A DNA stretch of 20,000 nt from an uncultured virus (IMG/VR IMGVR_UViG_2690315748_000003) (Duplodnaviria > Heunggongvirae > Uroviricota > Caudoviricetes). The notes under the pieces are model-generated. The model did not search any database and was not told where the DNA came from. It saw only the letters and a list, made by a program, of their open reading frames with translations. Made by a program: the position numbers and the translations under genes. Below, one piece after another: positions 9,004 through 16,205 of this stretch (position 1 is its first letter; every line of letters starts with the position of its first letter). Where the stretch lies: positions 45,642 to 65,641 of the IMG/VR virus record IMGVR_UViG_2690315748_000003; one strand, written 5' to 3'.

Positions 9004-9510
9004 TTAATTAATAACTACTACTCTTGGAGGCGAAAAGCAAGATGCAGGTCCTTTATCTGTATAAAGTTGAGCAACTCCGCCGACTGTGTAAGTCCCTGGT
9101 TGACTGTATTCCCATGTTTGACTGAGAGTTACTCCCCCAGTATTCGGCCCTTTAAAACTGGTAGCTTCCGTCCAACCGGCTCCCGTTTTAAAAGAAGCAT
9201 TGACTTCTCTTATAATTGAGTCCGTTGCAATACCCCACTCCACCGTTACTGTTCTTCCATTCTTAGTTACATTAAACGATTTGGTTACCCACACAGGCGC
9301 TATTATTGATTGGATACTTTCATTGGAATTTGAGGAATCAGGAGCTAATTGTGAAGAAGATGGTTCGACTGATAAGGGCTGAGCTTGAATAGAATTTTCG
9401 ACTGATGAGGACTGATCTTGAGTAGGGGTGACGCTTTGGGCAGATACCGGGACAACTAATATCACTGAAATTAGAAAGGATAAAAATAGAGACGACAGTT
9501 TTTTACTCAT
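9004..9510 (-). CDS. Secreted protein with Ser/Gln-rich linker and small beta-sandwich (PKD/Ig-like) domain
   Basis: ATG 9510 after GAGGTG; signal peptide ending VPVSA; WEYSQPGTYTV motif. Confidence 0.6.
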   Translation of the reverse strand: MSKKLSSLFLSFLISVILVVPVSAQSVTPTQDQSSSVENSIQAQPLSVEPSSSQLAPDSSNSNESIQSIIAPVWVTKSFNVTKNGRTVTVEWGIATDSIIREVNASFKTGAGWTEATSFKGPNTGGVTLSQTWEYSQPGTYTVGGVAQLYTDKGPASCFSPPRVVVIN

Positions 9511-9659
9511 TTTTATACGCACCTCTTCCAAATTATTTTTATACTAAATCCTTAAATATAAGGATGAAGTAAACCATTGATGGAACATATAGGTTATATT
9601 TTCCATATCATTGTAACCTCATCTTTCTATTAAATAGAGTTGTAGATTTTTGTCAACAA

Positions 9660-9945
9660 CGCCTATGTGACGCCAGTGGGCGCTATAGCGCTGCGTGGAT
9701 CTCGTTCGGATCGGAGAGAGCTGCCGCGTTCCGGATGCTTGGGCTTCAGCTCGGAGTCGCATCCACATTTTTAGCAGCATTCATTCAGCCCCCGTGCTAA
9801 ATAGCTCAATTCAATTGGAGCTTGAGCCTTGAAGGTGGCTATATCCACCCTAATAAAGTATCCAAAGGATCAAGAGTAATTGAAACGCACCAGATCGAAA
9901 ACAGAAAAGGGCAGGAGGAATAGAACTCTAACTGCTCTTTTTTTG
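9660..9945 (+). ncRNA. Candidate structured non-coding RNA, family not recognised
   Basis: GC-rich island in AT-rich flanks with no ORF of 60 aa or more over 9660-9880. It has at least six consecutive stems with G-U pairs and ends in a terminator hairpin plus a U-run at 9908-9944. Confidence 0.5.
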
Positions 9946-9955
9946 CCTTGGACAA

Positions 9956-9977
9956 CGAACACTTGTTTACATATAAT
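9956..9977 (+). promoter_or_regulatory. SOS (LexA/DinR) box-like site next to a -10 element
   Basis: CGAAC-actt-GTTT followed by TATAAT; one mismatch to the GAAC-N4-GTTC core. Confidence 0.5.
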
Positions 9978-9996
9978 ATTTGCAGAGGCTTTCAGT

Positions 9997-10071
9997 ATGA
10001 ACCATACATATTGCATTTACAAAATCACCCAAAACAATTATACTTATCTTATAATCCGAAAGTATCGGTAG
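9997..10071 (+). pseudogene. Possible 5' remnant of a paralog of the 13373-13600 gene
   Basis: The first 15 nt (ATGAACCATACATAT) and the preceding GAGG RBS match the start of the 13373 ORF, then the sequences diverge. Confidence 0.35.
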
Positions 10072-10104
10072 CACTCTGCTGGCTCAAGCCGGTGGGGTGT
10101 TTTT
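10071..10104 (+). terminator. Intrinsic terminator (repeat family A)
   Basis: GCACTCTGCTGGC-tcaa-GCCGGTGGGGTGT followed by TTTT. Confidence 0.6.
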
Positions 10105-10124
10105 ACGTTTAGGGAGGTTTACAA

Positions 10125-10571
10125 ATGTTAAAATGGATATTTACCGTGTTGATAACAGTCCTATTAGCTGGATGCAGTGTACAACAAGACGTTGTAAAGA
10201 CCACTAAGAGTGACTCTGTAGCCGTTCCGGTAACGCAGATATCTGCCGATACGGTTAAGCTGGAATTCCCGTCAGCCAAGTACCCGGAAACGGCCCAGCA
10301 CATCAAGGAGGCCATTGCAGCAGGTAAGTCACCAGTATGCACCATAGATCGCGAAGGAGCCGATCATAACCGCGACCTGTCCCTAAAGGGTGTGCCCACC
10401 AAGAAGGGCAAAGATCGAGATGAATGGCCTATGGCGATGTGTGCGGAAGGTGGAGAGGGTGCAGACATTAAGTACATAAGTCCAAAGGATAATCGTGGAG
10501 CTGGATCGTGGGTAGGTCACAAGCTGGATAACTATGCTGACGGAACAAAAGTTGAATTTATCGTGAAATAG
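10125..10571 (+). CDS. nucB: NucA/NucB-family deoxyribonuclease, lipoprotein
   Basis: Lipobox [23 protein letters not shown] and [10 protein letters not shown] motifs of Bacillus NucA/NucB. Confidence 0.9.
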   Translation: MLKWIFTVLITVLLAGCSVQQDVVKTTKSDSVAVPVTQISADTVKLEFPSAKYPETAQHIKEAIAAGKSPVCTIDREGADHNRDLSLKGVPTKKGKDRDEWPMAMCAEGGEGADIKYISPKDNRGAGSWVGHKLDNYADGTKVEFIVK

Positions 10572-10573
10572 AA

Positions 10574-10613
10574 ACTCTCCGCTAACCTTAATCGGTCGGC
10601 GGGGAGTCTTTTT
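10574..10613 (+). terminator. Intrinsic terminator (repeat family B)
   Basis: ACTCTCCGCTAACC-ttaatc-GGTCGGCGGGGAGT followed by CTTTTT. Confidence 0.7.
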
Positions 10614-10708
10614 CTCATTGCTCATATAGGATGTACCCATAAGATTTGGTATGTAATATAAAAGCCCTCCATTAAAGGAAGGCTATAAAAAATCATAAAA
10701 TTGTTTGA

Positions 10709-10873
10709 TTATAAATATGAACTAACCAAAGCGATTGCTAAAATAACAAGAATAACCATAAAAAATATTTTATAACCAGGTTGCCCGTGTGTATTTTTTT
10801 TCTTCTTAATGTAGTAGACAGCCATATAACTTATTCCCCAAATAATCACTAAAACAGCTAAAATACTGGTCAT
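10709..10873 (-). CDS. 54-aa two-TM membrane peptide, candidate immunity protein (not in ORF track)
   Basis: Hand translation MTSILAVLVIIWGISYMAVYYIKKKKNTHGQPGYKIFFMVILVILAIALVSSYL*; RBS AAGGAG. Confidence 0.65.
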   Translation of the reverse strand: MTSILAVLVIIWGISYMAVYYIKKKKNTHGQPGYKIFFMVILVILAIALVSSYL

Positions 10874-10895
10874 AGAGTCTCCTTACTGTGTCGTA

Positions 10896-11505
10896 TTACA
10901 AAGGTTCAACATCAAACACTGCCGCCCATGAAACAGAAACATAAACTCCGTTACCATTGTTATTAGCGCTCATACGAGCTGCAAACAATGCAAAGTATCC
11001 TGCGACTGATCCTGAAATACCTGAAACAGGAGGATACCAAGCAGTTGCCCCTGAAACGAGTGCGCCGCCACCTGCCACACTATTATAGTAATCTATCGCT
11101 TGTTTAGTTTGAGAGTCAGTGAATTTCCGATCATATCCCCACCAAATGGTAGGTCCAGGATCCGTATTCTGCATTAAGCGAGATGGTATTGTCCTTTATG
11201 CTTAAATCGCTATTAACAGTAATTTTACCTGATTTTGATAACTCATTTAATTCATCAAAATGCTTTTGTAAATCCGATAAATTATACTGGTTATAAATAC
11301 TTTCAGGAACGTCTTTTAGGGACAATACCCCATCCTTAACTTGTACATAGGGTTTTACTGCCTCAACTGCACTCTTTTGAGTTACACTTGAACTTGAATT
11401 TTGTGTGATTTGTTCTGTGGATGATTCAGCAGATGCTGCAATTGGAGCGACTGCTGTAAGAGCCAATACACCTGAAAGAATGATTGCTGTGTTCTTTAAC
11501 TTCAT
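10896..11505 (-). pseudogene. Secreted bacteriocin/toxin-like precursor split by a 1-nt frameshift
   Basis: The signal-peptide ORF (MKLKNTAII..ASA) and the downstream ORF join as SWTYHWWGYDRK if one base of the AAA at 11144-11146 is removed, giving 202 aa with a Gly/Ala-rich hydrophobic C-terminus. Confidence 0.65.
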
Positions 11506-11760
11506 CCAGAACCGTCCTCTCGAAATGGTATTATTTTGAACTACCAATCCAGTGTACCACAAAATAAGGAATAATTTGTGTGTTTTAAATAATTAAATGG
11601 AAAATGACCCTATAGAACTATTTGTCTTACAGTAGTCGACAATATTCAAAAAATATAATTTAGTCGAATATCGAATGACAAAAATTTCAAAACTTATTGA
11701 CAACTGTTAAATTATCGACAACAATAGATTGCAATAATATAAAAGTTTTGGAATTTCTGT

Positions 11761-13194
11761 ATGAAGGGTGGATATGACATGAAGCATACACCTACGATTC
11801 GAGCAGAATTAGATAGTTATCTAGAACAAAAGGGTTTGAGCTTAGCGCAATTTGGACAACTTGCAGGCATGAATAGGGGAATAATAAGTGCTATTGTGTC
11901 AGGGAATAAGTCTATGTCAGTTAACCAACTTGACTTAATCACTGAGGCTATGGGTTTACCAGAGGGAGAGTTTTACGATCTGTTTATAGAAAACTACATT
12001 ATTGATCATCCTCCAAATATGAGGCGAATCGAGCCGTTTTTGTTTCGCTGTGCGGAGTTGGGCAAGTTGGATGCAATCCGTCGAGTACTGGGAGCCATCA
12101 TGGATAATCTGCTATATTCGCCCAAGCTATTTGAAATCGCAGAAGAATTATTGTCGCAGGGACGAAATGAGGCTGCTTTGCTGCTTTATGAGGGTGTAGC
12201 TGAAACAGAGAGATATCAACATTCTGAACGCTTGGCAGTCTGCCAATATCGTATATTCACGATTCAAGTTGGAGACGACCAAAGCCGCAACCACAAGGCA
12301 GCTATACTATTTGAGCCTTATGTCGAGCGCCTAGATGAAATAGACCAGCTTGACGCATTGAAGGACTTAGCTAATGTATACAGGTCTTTGCGTAAATGGG
12401 ACAAGGTAGACGAAATGGCAAGACAAATGAGAGCTAAAGCGGAAATCCAGTATAGTTTAAAACACCAAGAAAAACGTGAGTTACGAGATATTGAAAAGAG
12501 AACAAGAGGTCCGCTATTTGGATACATTGCTTATGCTGACCTATTGTGTGCAAGTGTTTGCGAAGCCCGGGGCGATTATCAGCAAGCTCTACAATATACA
12601 TACGCCTATGCGGATTTAGACTGGGTTAAAGAGACCGACGAGGACACAAGACACTGGGTAAATTTGTTCAGTCAGTGGGCAGAAGGTAATGCTTACGTAT
12701 ATAAATTGTTGTCAGGAGAAACAAATCTACTGAATGAATATGTTGAATATATTGCTGTAACATCAGCCGCTAATGAGAATGAAAAGCTCTCAAAACTGTT
12801 GAATGTTATAATCGCAGCAAACCAGTTCAGCATAAATGTAGACGATATACTCAAACGATTTGAAAAACTAATCGGGACTTTTTCACAGCAACCATCATCA
12901 GATGATATGTATACCCGACAAGTGATACCGGATTATATCGCGTGGTTTGGTTACGAGTTAGGTTTTTATTATTTACATCGAGGAAAGTACAGTGATGGCT
13001 TTAAATATTTAATGAATGCAATGGTAAAGTCACATATAATAAATAATGAAACTTACTTTATAAACTGTATGGGGTTATTTGTTCGTTTTCAAGCCCATGC
13101 GGTTCCTGAAACTAAAGCTGAGTATTTCAATCTTATTGAAAGGGTGTGGGAAAACAATGTTCAAAAAAATGGTGCTTTTAATCATTGCGGCTAG
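11761..13194 (+). CDS. XRE-HTH plus TPR-like helical regulator (RRNPP-type peptide receptor; AloR-like)
   Basis: N-terminal HTH (LSLAQFGQLAGMNRGIISAIVSG) and a long helical repeat region (LKDLANVYRSLRKWD, ARGDYQQALQY). It overlaps a downstream signal-peptide micro-ORF. The start may be the ATG at 11779. Confidence 0.75.
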   Translation: MKGGYDMKHTPTIRAELDSYLEQKGLSLAQFGQLAGMNRGIISAIVSGNKSMSVNQLDLITEAMGLPEGEFYDLFIENYIIDHPPNMRRIEPFLFRCAELGKLDAIRRVLGAIMDNLLYSPKLFEIAEELLSQGRNEAALLLYEGVAETERYQHSERLAVCQYRIFTIQVGDDQSRNHKAAILFEPYVERLDEIDQLDALKDLANVYRSLRKWDKVDEMARQMRAKAEIQYSLKHQEKRELRDIEKRTRGPLFGYIAYADLLCASVCEARGDYQQALQYTYAYADLDWVKETDEDTRHWVNLFSQWAEGNAYVYKLLSGETNLLNEYVEYIAVTSAANENEKLSKLLNVIIAANQFSINVDDILKRFEKLIGTFSQQPSSDDMYTRQVIPDYIAWFGYELGFYYLHRGKYSDGFKYLMNAMVKSHIINNETYFINCMGLFVRFQAHAVPETKAEYFNLIERVWENNVQKNGAFNHCG

Positions 13195-13279
13195 CTTTTT
13201 GTTGATTGTTACTGTGCCGGATCAAGCCTTTAACCACCACCATAGTATTCAGCCTAACGTTACCATTGGAGGATTTTAA
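13157..13279 (+). CDS. 40-aa secreted signalling pro-peptide (AloP/Phr-like)
   Basis: MFKKMVLLIIAASFLLIVTVPDQAFNHHHSIQPNVTIGGF: basic N-terminus, hydrophobic core, polar tail. Overlaps the receptor's 3' end and is followed by a terminator. Confidence 0.75.
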   Translation: MFKKMVLLIIAASFLLIVTVPDQAFNHHHSIQPNVTIGGF

Positions 13280-13283
13280 AGCT

Positions 13284-13321
13284 AAAGCTCTGCCAACCTT
13301 ATGGTTGGTAGGGCTTTCTTT
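13284..13321 (+). terminator. Intrinsic terminator (repeat family B)
   Basis: AAAGCTCTGCCAACC-ttat-GGTTGGTAGGGCTTT followed by CTTT. Confidence 0.75.
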
Positions 13322-13372
13322 AGTGCAGGAATTACCACACATACGGCAGAATAACTATCTGAGGTGATCAGC

Positions 13373-13600
13373 ATGAACCATACATATAAAGTGTTAAAGT
13401 CAGATATAGAACTATTTGCAGCTGCATTAAGCCAGGTAAAGGTGTACGTTGTTCAGTCGTTAGGCGAGGATTTTATATCGGTTGTAGACTATGGTGGCAC
13501 TATAGAAAAGTTTTCGCCTGAATCGGTCAAGATTGCCGGAGCTTATTACATACGGAATCAATTTGAATTTAGAGTAGATGTAAAAGACTCTACTGGGTAA
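13373..13600 (+). CDS. Small hypothetical protein
   Basis: ATG after GAGGTGA; 75 aa; followed by a hairpin and T-run (about 13583-13618). Confidence 0.6.
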   Translation: MNHTYKVLKSDIELFAAALSQVKVYVVQSLGEDFISVVDYGGTIEKFSPESVKIAGAYYIRNQFEFRVDVKDSTG

Positions 13601-13707
13601 CTAGAGAGTCTTTTTTTTGTTTTGTTACAACATGCGAGATACTTCGACATTACTAATAAAGTAATATGAAGGTGAATGTAATCCATATTACTAGGAGGTT
13701 TTATACT

Positions 13708-14151
13708 ATGAAGAAATTCTGTGTTTTATGTTCAACATTCTTTGTTCTCGCATGCGCACTGGTATTGTTTTTACCTCAATCAAGTTTTGCAAAGACTAGT
13801 GATAATTTTCAATATGCTGTTTGGGATAGTGATTATGCAGAAACGTCAAGCGGAAAGACATTCAAAGTTACATTCAACAAACCCGTCAAAAATGTCCACT
13901 TTGGAGTTGTCTTGGATGATACTACGAACGTGGACTTTCCATGTGATGTGAAAATTCGACTTGAACAAGACGGTCAAGTCTTCACTTGGAAAAAATTAAA
14001 TTTCGATTCTGAAGGAGATAAGGATTATTCAAACAAATATAGCCAAACAATTGATCCAGGAACCTATAAAGTATACATAGAAGTTTCTAATGGTTCTGGT
14101 TCTCATTATATTAAGGGTAACGGTTATATTTATTACGATTATGCTAATTGA
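13708..14151 (+). CDS. Secreted beta-rich hypothetical protein
   Basis: RBS AGGAGG; signal peptide MKKFCVLC..PQSSFA; PGTYKVYIEV motif. Confidence 0.65.
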   Translation: MKKFCVLCSTFFVLACALVLFLPQSSFAKTSDNFQYAVWDSDYAETSSGKTFKVTFNKPVKNVHFGVVLDDTTNVDFPCDVKIRLEQDGQVFTWKKLNFDSEGDKDYSNKYSQTIDPGTYKVYIEVSNGSGSHYIKGNGYIYYDYAN

Positions 14152-14199
14152 AATATATGACTTTAAAATAGTCCATGCTACAGCAGCTGGTCACACATT

Positions 14200-14238
14200 A
14201 AAAAGCTCTGCTAACCTTAATTGGTCGGCAGAGCTTTT
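14200..14238. terminator. Bidirectional terminator (repeat family B)
   Basis: AAAAGCTCTGCTAACC-ttaatt-GGTCGGCAGAGCTTTT between convergent genes. Confidence 0.75.
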
Positions 14239-14239
14239 A

Positions 14240-14443
14240 TTATTTGAACAATTTTGAAAGCAGCTTGAATATATCAAACGTTGACCGATTGTACACCTTA
14301 TTGTATGCCGCCTTACGTGGGTTTTTTAGCCATCCCCAACCCCGTGGCATCTTAATGCCTGCACGGTGTACAATCTGCCGTTTGAGGCTGGTACGAGCTG
14401 CTATGCGTTTGTTTAGGCTGGGTTTACGTAGGCCGTATTTCAT
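14240..14443 (-). CDS. Small highly basic phage-associated protein
   Basis: MKYGLRKPSLNKRIAARTS..GWGWLKNPRKAAYNKVYNR; resembles a conserved Bacillota prophage hypothetical family; RBS GAGAGG. Confidence 0.7.
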   Translation of the reverse strand: MKYGLRKPSLNKRIAARTSLKRQIVHRAGIKMPRGWGWLKNPRKAAYNKVYNRSTFDIFKLLSKLFK

Positions 14444-14445
14444 AG

Positions 14446-14553
14446 TTATTCCTCTCTTTTACGGATCAATTTAACCACTACTGTTATCAACCCTGCTAAC
14501 GCAGCAGCACTAACCAACATGGTAATAATCACAAACCAAATTGCCTTTACCAT
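14446..14553 (-). CDS. 35-aa single-TM peptide, type I toxin-like (not in ORF track)
   Basis: Hand translation MVKAIWFVIITMLVSAAALAGLITVVVKLIRKREE*; RBS AGGAGG. Confidence 0.6.
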   Translation of the reverse strand: MVKAIWFVIITMLVSAAALAGLITVVVKLIRKREE

Positions 14554-14591
14554 AATTTTACCTCCTAATATAGAGGAGCCTCAGACTTGCG

Positions 14592-14960
14592 TCACTTACT
14601 CAGTTTATATAGGCAATATTGGTTGAAGGATATGCCTTCTGCTGCTGCACGCTCCATCAAATGCTTATGCAGGGACTTTGGAGCACGTTGAAGCCACTTG
14701 CCGCTATATTGTTCCTCATTTACTGGTTCCGGTATCTCATCACCAAACTCAAGTTTTACCTCAAGGTAACCCTCCATAGCTTCTCTAACCATTTTAAGGG
14801 CTTCTTCTGGTGTGTCACCATGGCTCTTGCAGCCTTCCAACTCCGCGACTGTAGCTAAGTGGTAGCTTCCGCTTTCGTCGTTCATATGCTTAATCTGAAT
14901 TGTATACGGGAGCGCCATGTAATACGCTATGTCTTTTTGGATCGGTTTTTCATTTGCCAT
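14592..14960 (-). CDS. hicB: HicB antitoxin
   Basis: ELEGCKSHGDTPEEALKMVREAM..IPEP plus C-terminal RHH-like YSGKWLQRAPKSLH..EGISFNQ; downstream of hicA. Confidence 0.9.
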   Translation of the reverse strand: MANEKPIQKDIAYYMALPYTIQIKHMNDESGSYHLATVAELEGCKSHGDTPEEALKMVREAMEGYLEVKLEFGDEIPEPVNEEQYSGKWLQRAPKSLHKHLMERAAAEGISFNQYCLYKLSK

Positions 14961-15007
14961 ATTAATGTAGGCTAGGATAAAATGACTTTGAGAACAAAGG
15001 GGAGGTA

Positions 15008-15232
15008 CTACTCCCCGATGATCTCCAGTACGTCTTTGACGTACGCCGCCTTGACGGGTGTTTCAAAAGGTATCGGGAGCGTGTCTCCTGACTCATTTCG
15101 GAATATGTGATGCGAACCCTTAATTCGTACCACTATGTAACCCAGATGATTCAGGACTTTTGCTATCTCCGCGAACCTAATCCCGTTAGGGCGGTTTTTC
15201 ATTTTCTCGATGATTTTATCGACCCTAGCCAT
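15008..15232 (-). CDS. hicA: HicA mRNA interferase toxin
   Basis: 74 aa basic protein with the RIKGSHHIF motif, upstream of hicB. Confidence 0.9.
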   Translation of the reverse strand: MARVDKIIEKMKNRPNGIRFAEIAKVLNHLGYIVVRIKGSHHIFRNESGDTLPIPFETPVKAAYVKDVLEIIGE

Positions 15233-15250
15233 GTCTCACCTCCTAAATAC

Positions 15251-15280
15251 ATGATATCACATATGATATCATTATACAAG
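15251..15280 (-). promoter_or_regulatory. hicAB promoter -10 and palindromic operator
   Basis: ATGATATCA-cata-TGATATCAT palindrome (15251-15272) abutting a minus-strand TATAAT (15271-15276). Confidence 0.6.
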
Positions 15281-15323
15281 GTTGTGAAGTGTTTTTTTTG
15301 GAATAATATTCTTAATTTTATAA

Positions 15324-15344
15324 GAACTCATGTTTGTATATAAT
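15324..15344 (+). promoter_or_regulatory. SOS box-like site and -10 element
   Basis: GAAC-tcat-GTTT followed by TATAAT at 15339-15344. Confidence 0.5.
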
Positions 15345-15366
15345 AGTAACAAAGGAGTGGATCGCT

Positions 15367-15639
15367 TTGTTACCAGACATCGAGCGTAAGTTACTGCATA
15401 TTCTTTACAACTTTTTTGCACAGAAACGACGAATGCCAACTATGAATGAGTTGGAGATCAAGACAGGTAGGAGTGTAACGGATATAAAGGCAGGACTGCT
15501 GGCCTTGGAGAAGGATAACTATATTACTTGGGAAGACAAGTCAAACACGCAGCACATTGTAGTTCTGGAGGGCTGGGAGCGGGGGCAGATCAGACCTATG
15601 TCGGCAGGAGATGCCAGTAGATATTTTACGGAATATTAA
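15367..15639 (+). CDS. Winged-helix protein resembling the LexA N-terminal DNA-binding domain
   Basis: TTG start after AAGGAG; ERKLLHIL..MPTMNEL..GRS..IKAGLLALEKDNYI pattern; no peptidase domain. Confidence 0.6.
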   Translation: MLPDIERKLLHILYNFFAQKRRMPTMNELEIKTGRSVTDIKAGLLALEKDNYITWEDKSNTQHIVVLEGWERGQIRPMSAGDASRYFTEY

Positions 15640-15689
15640 ACCTCGGATAATCTGAGGTTTATTTTTTTACGTACTGGAAATGATATCCC

Positions 15690-15718
15690 TTGAAAGGAAC
15701 AAGTGTTCGGAATATAAT
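15690..15718 (+). promoter_or_regulatory. Sigma-A promoter with consensus SOS box in the spacer
   Basis: TTGAAA-17 bp-TATAAT containing GAAC-aagt-GTTCG (15697-15709). Confidence 0.8.
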
Positions 15719-15748
15719 TTCTACATAACACATCAGGAGGCTACATAA

Positions 15749-16081
15749 ATGGGAAAGAAACTTGAAGGTAATGGTTTATGGGAGAGTTCACGCATCATTT
15801 TGCCCGAGCATAAAGAAGGATACTTAAAACTTATGAAGGATCGCCAGCGGCGCGGTAAACCGGAGTTGGATGATCAGGAAGTACAACTGATTGAGCAAGC
15901 TCTAATAGACTCTTACAACTCACGCAACGCCGTCACGGTGACCGTATTTAGCCCGTTCGATGATACGGACATGACTGGTGTAGTTACGTCTATTAACACC
16001 GCCCGTAGGGAGGTAAAACTGTTCCGGGGTGAAGATGATTTTAGTTGGATTAAGCTGGAGGATATTATATCAGCAGGCTGA
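15749..16081 (+). CDS. YolD-like protein
   Basis: WESSRIILPEHKE..KPELDDQE..WIKLEDII pattern, under an SOS-box promoter. Confidence 0.8.
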   Translation: MGKKLEGNGLWESSRIILPEHKEGYLKLMKDRQRRGKPELDDQEVQLIEQALIDSYNSRNAVTVTVFSPFDDTDMTGVVTSINTARREVKLFRGEDDFSWIKLEDIISAG

Positions 16082-16134
16082 AAATAATTACCTCACATAA
16101 TACATAAATACTTCCATTTAACATGGTAATTGGA

Positions 16135-16180
16135 TTGCCTCTAACAAGTAACAAATATAGAATTAAAGCATATTTGTTAC
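16135..16180 (+). promoter_or_regulatory. Promoter of the agr-like operon with overlapping inverted repeat
   Basis: TTGCCT-17 bp-TAGAAT; perfect 11-bp arms GTAACAAATAT (16148-16158) and ATATTTGTTAC (16170-16180) flank the -10. Confidence 0.55.
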
Positions 16181-16205
16181 CAATTATGTGAAGGGGTTAT
16201 GTGTT

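Noticed and set aside
9660..9945. Structured region as tRNA, tmRNA, retron msr/msd or intact self-splicing intron
   Set aside because: No cloverleaf or CCA end, no reverse transcriptase or maturase in the window, and no recognisable group I core or group II domain V.
9880..10071. 63-aa ORF from the track
   Set aside because: It runs through a terminator and promoter and has a weak TTG start; only the part from 9997 has an RBS.
13079..13156. N-terminal extension of the pro-peptide ORF
   Set aside because: It overlaps the receptor gene; the signal peptide begins at ATG 13157.
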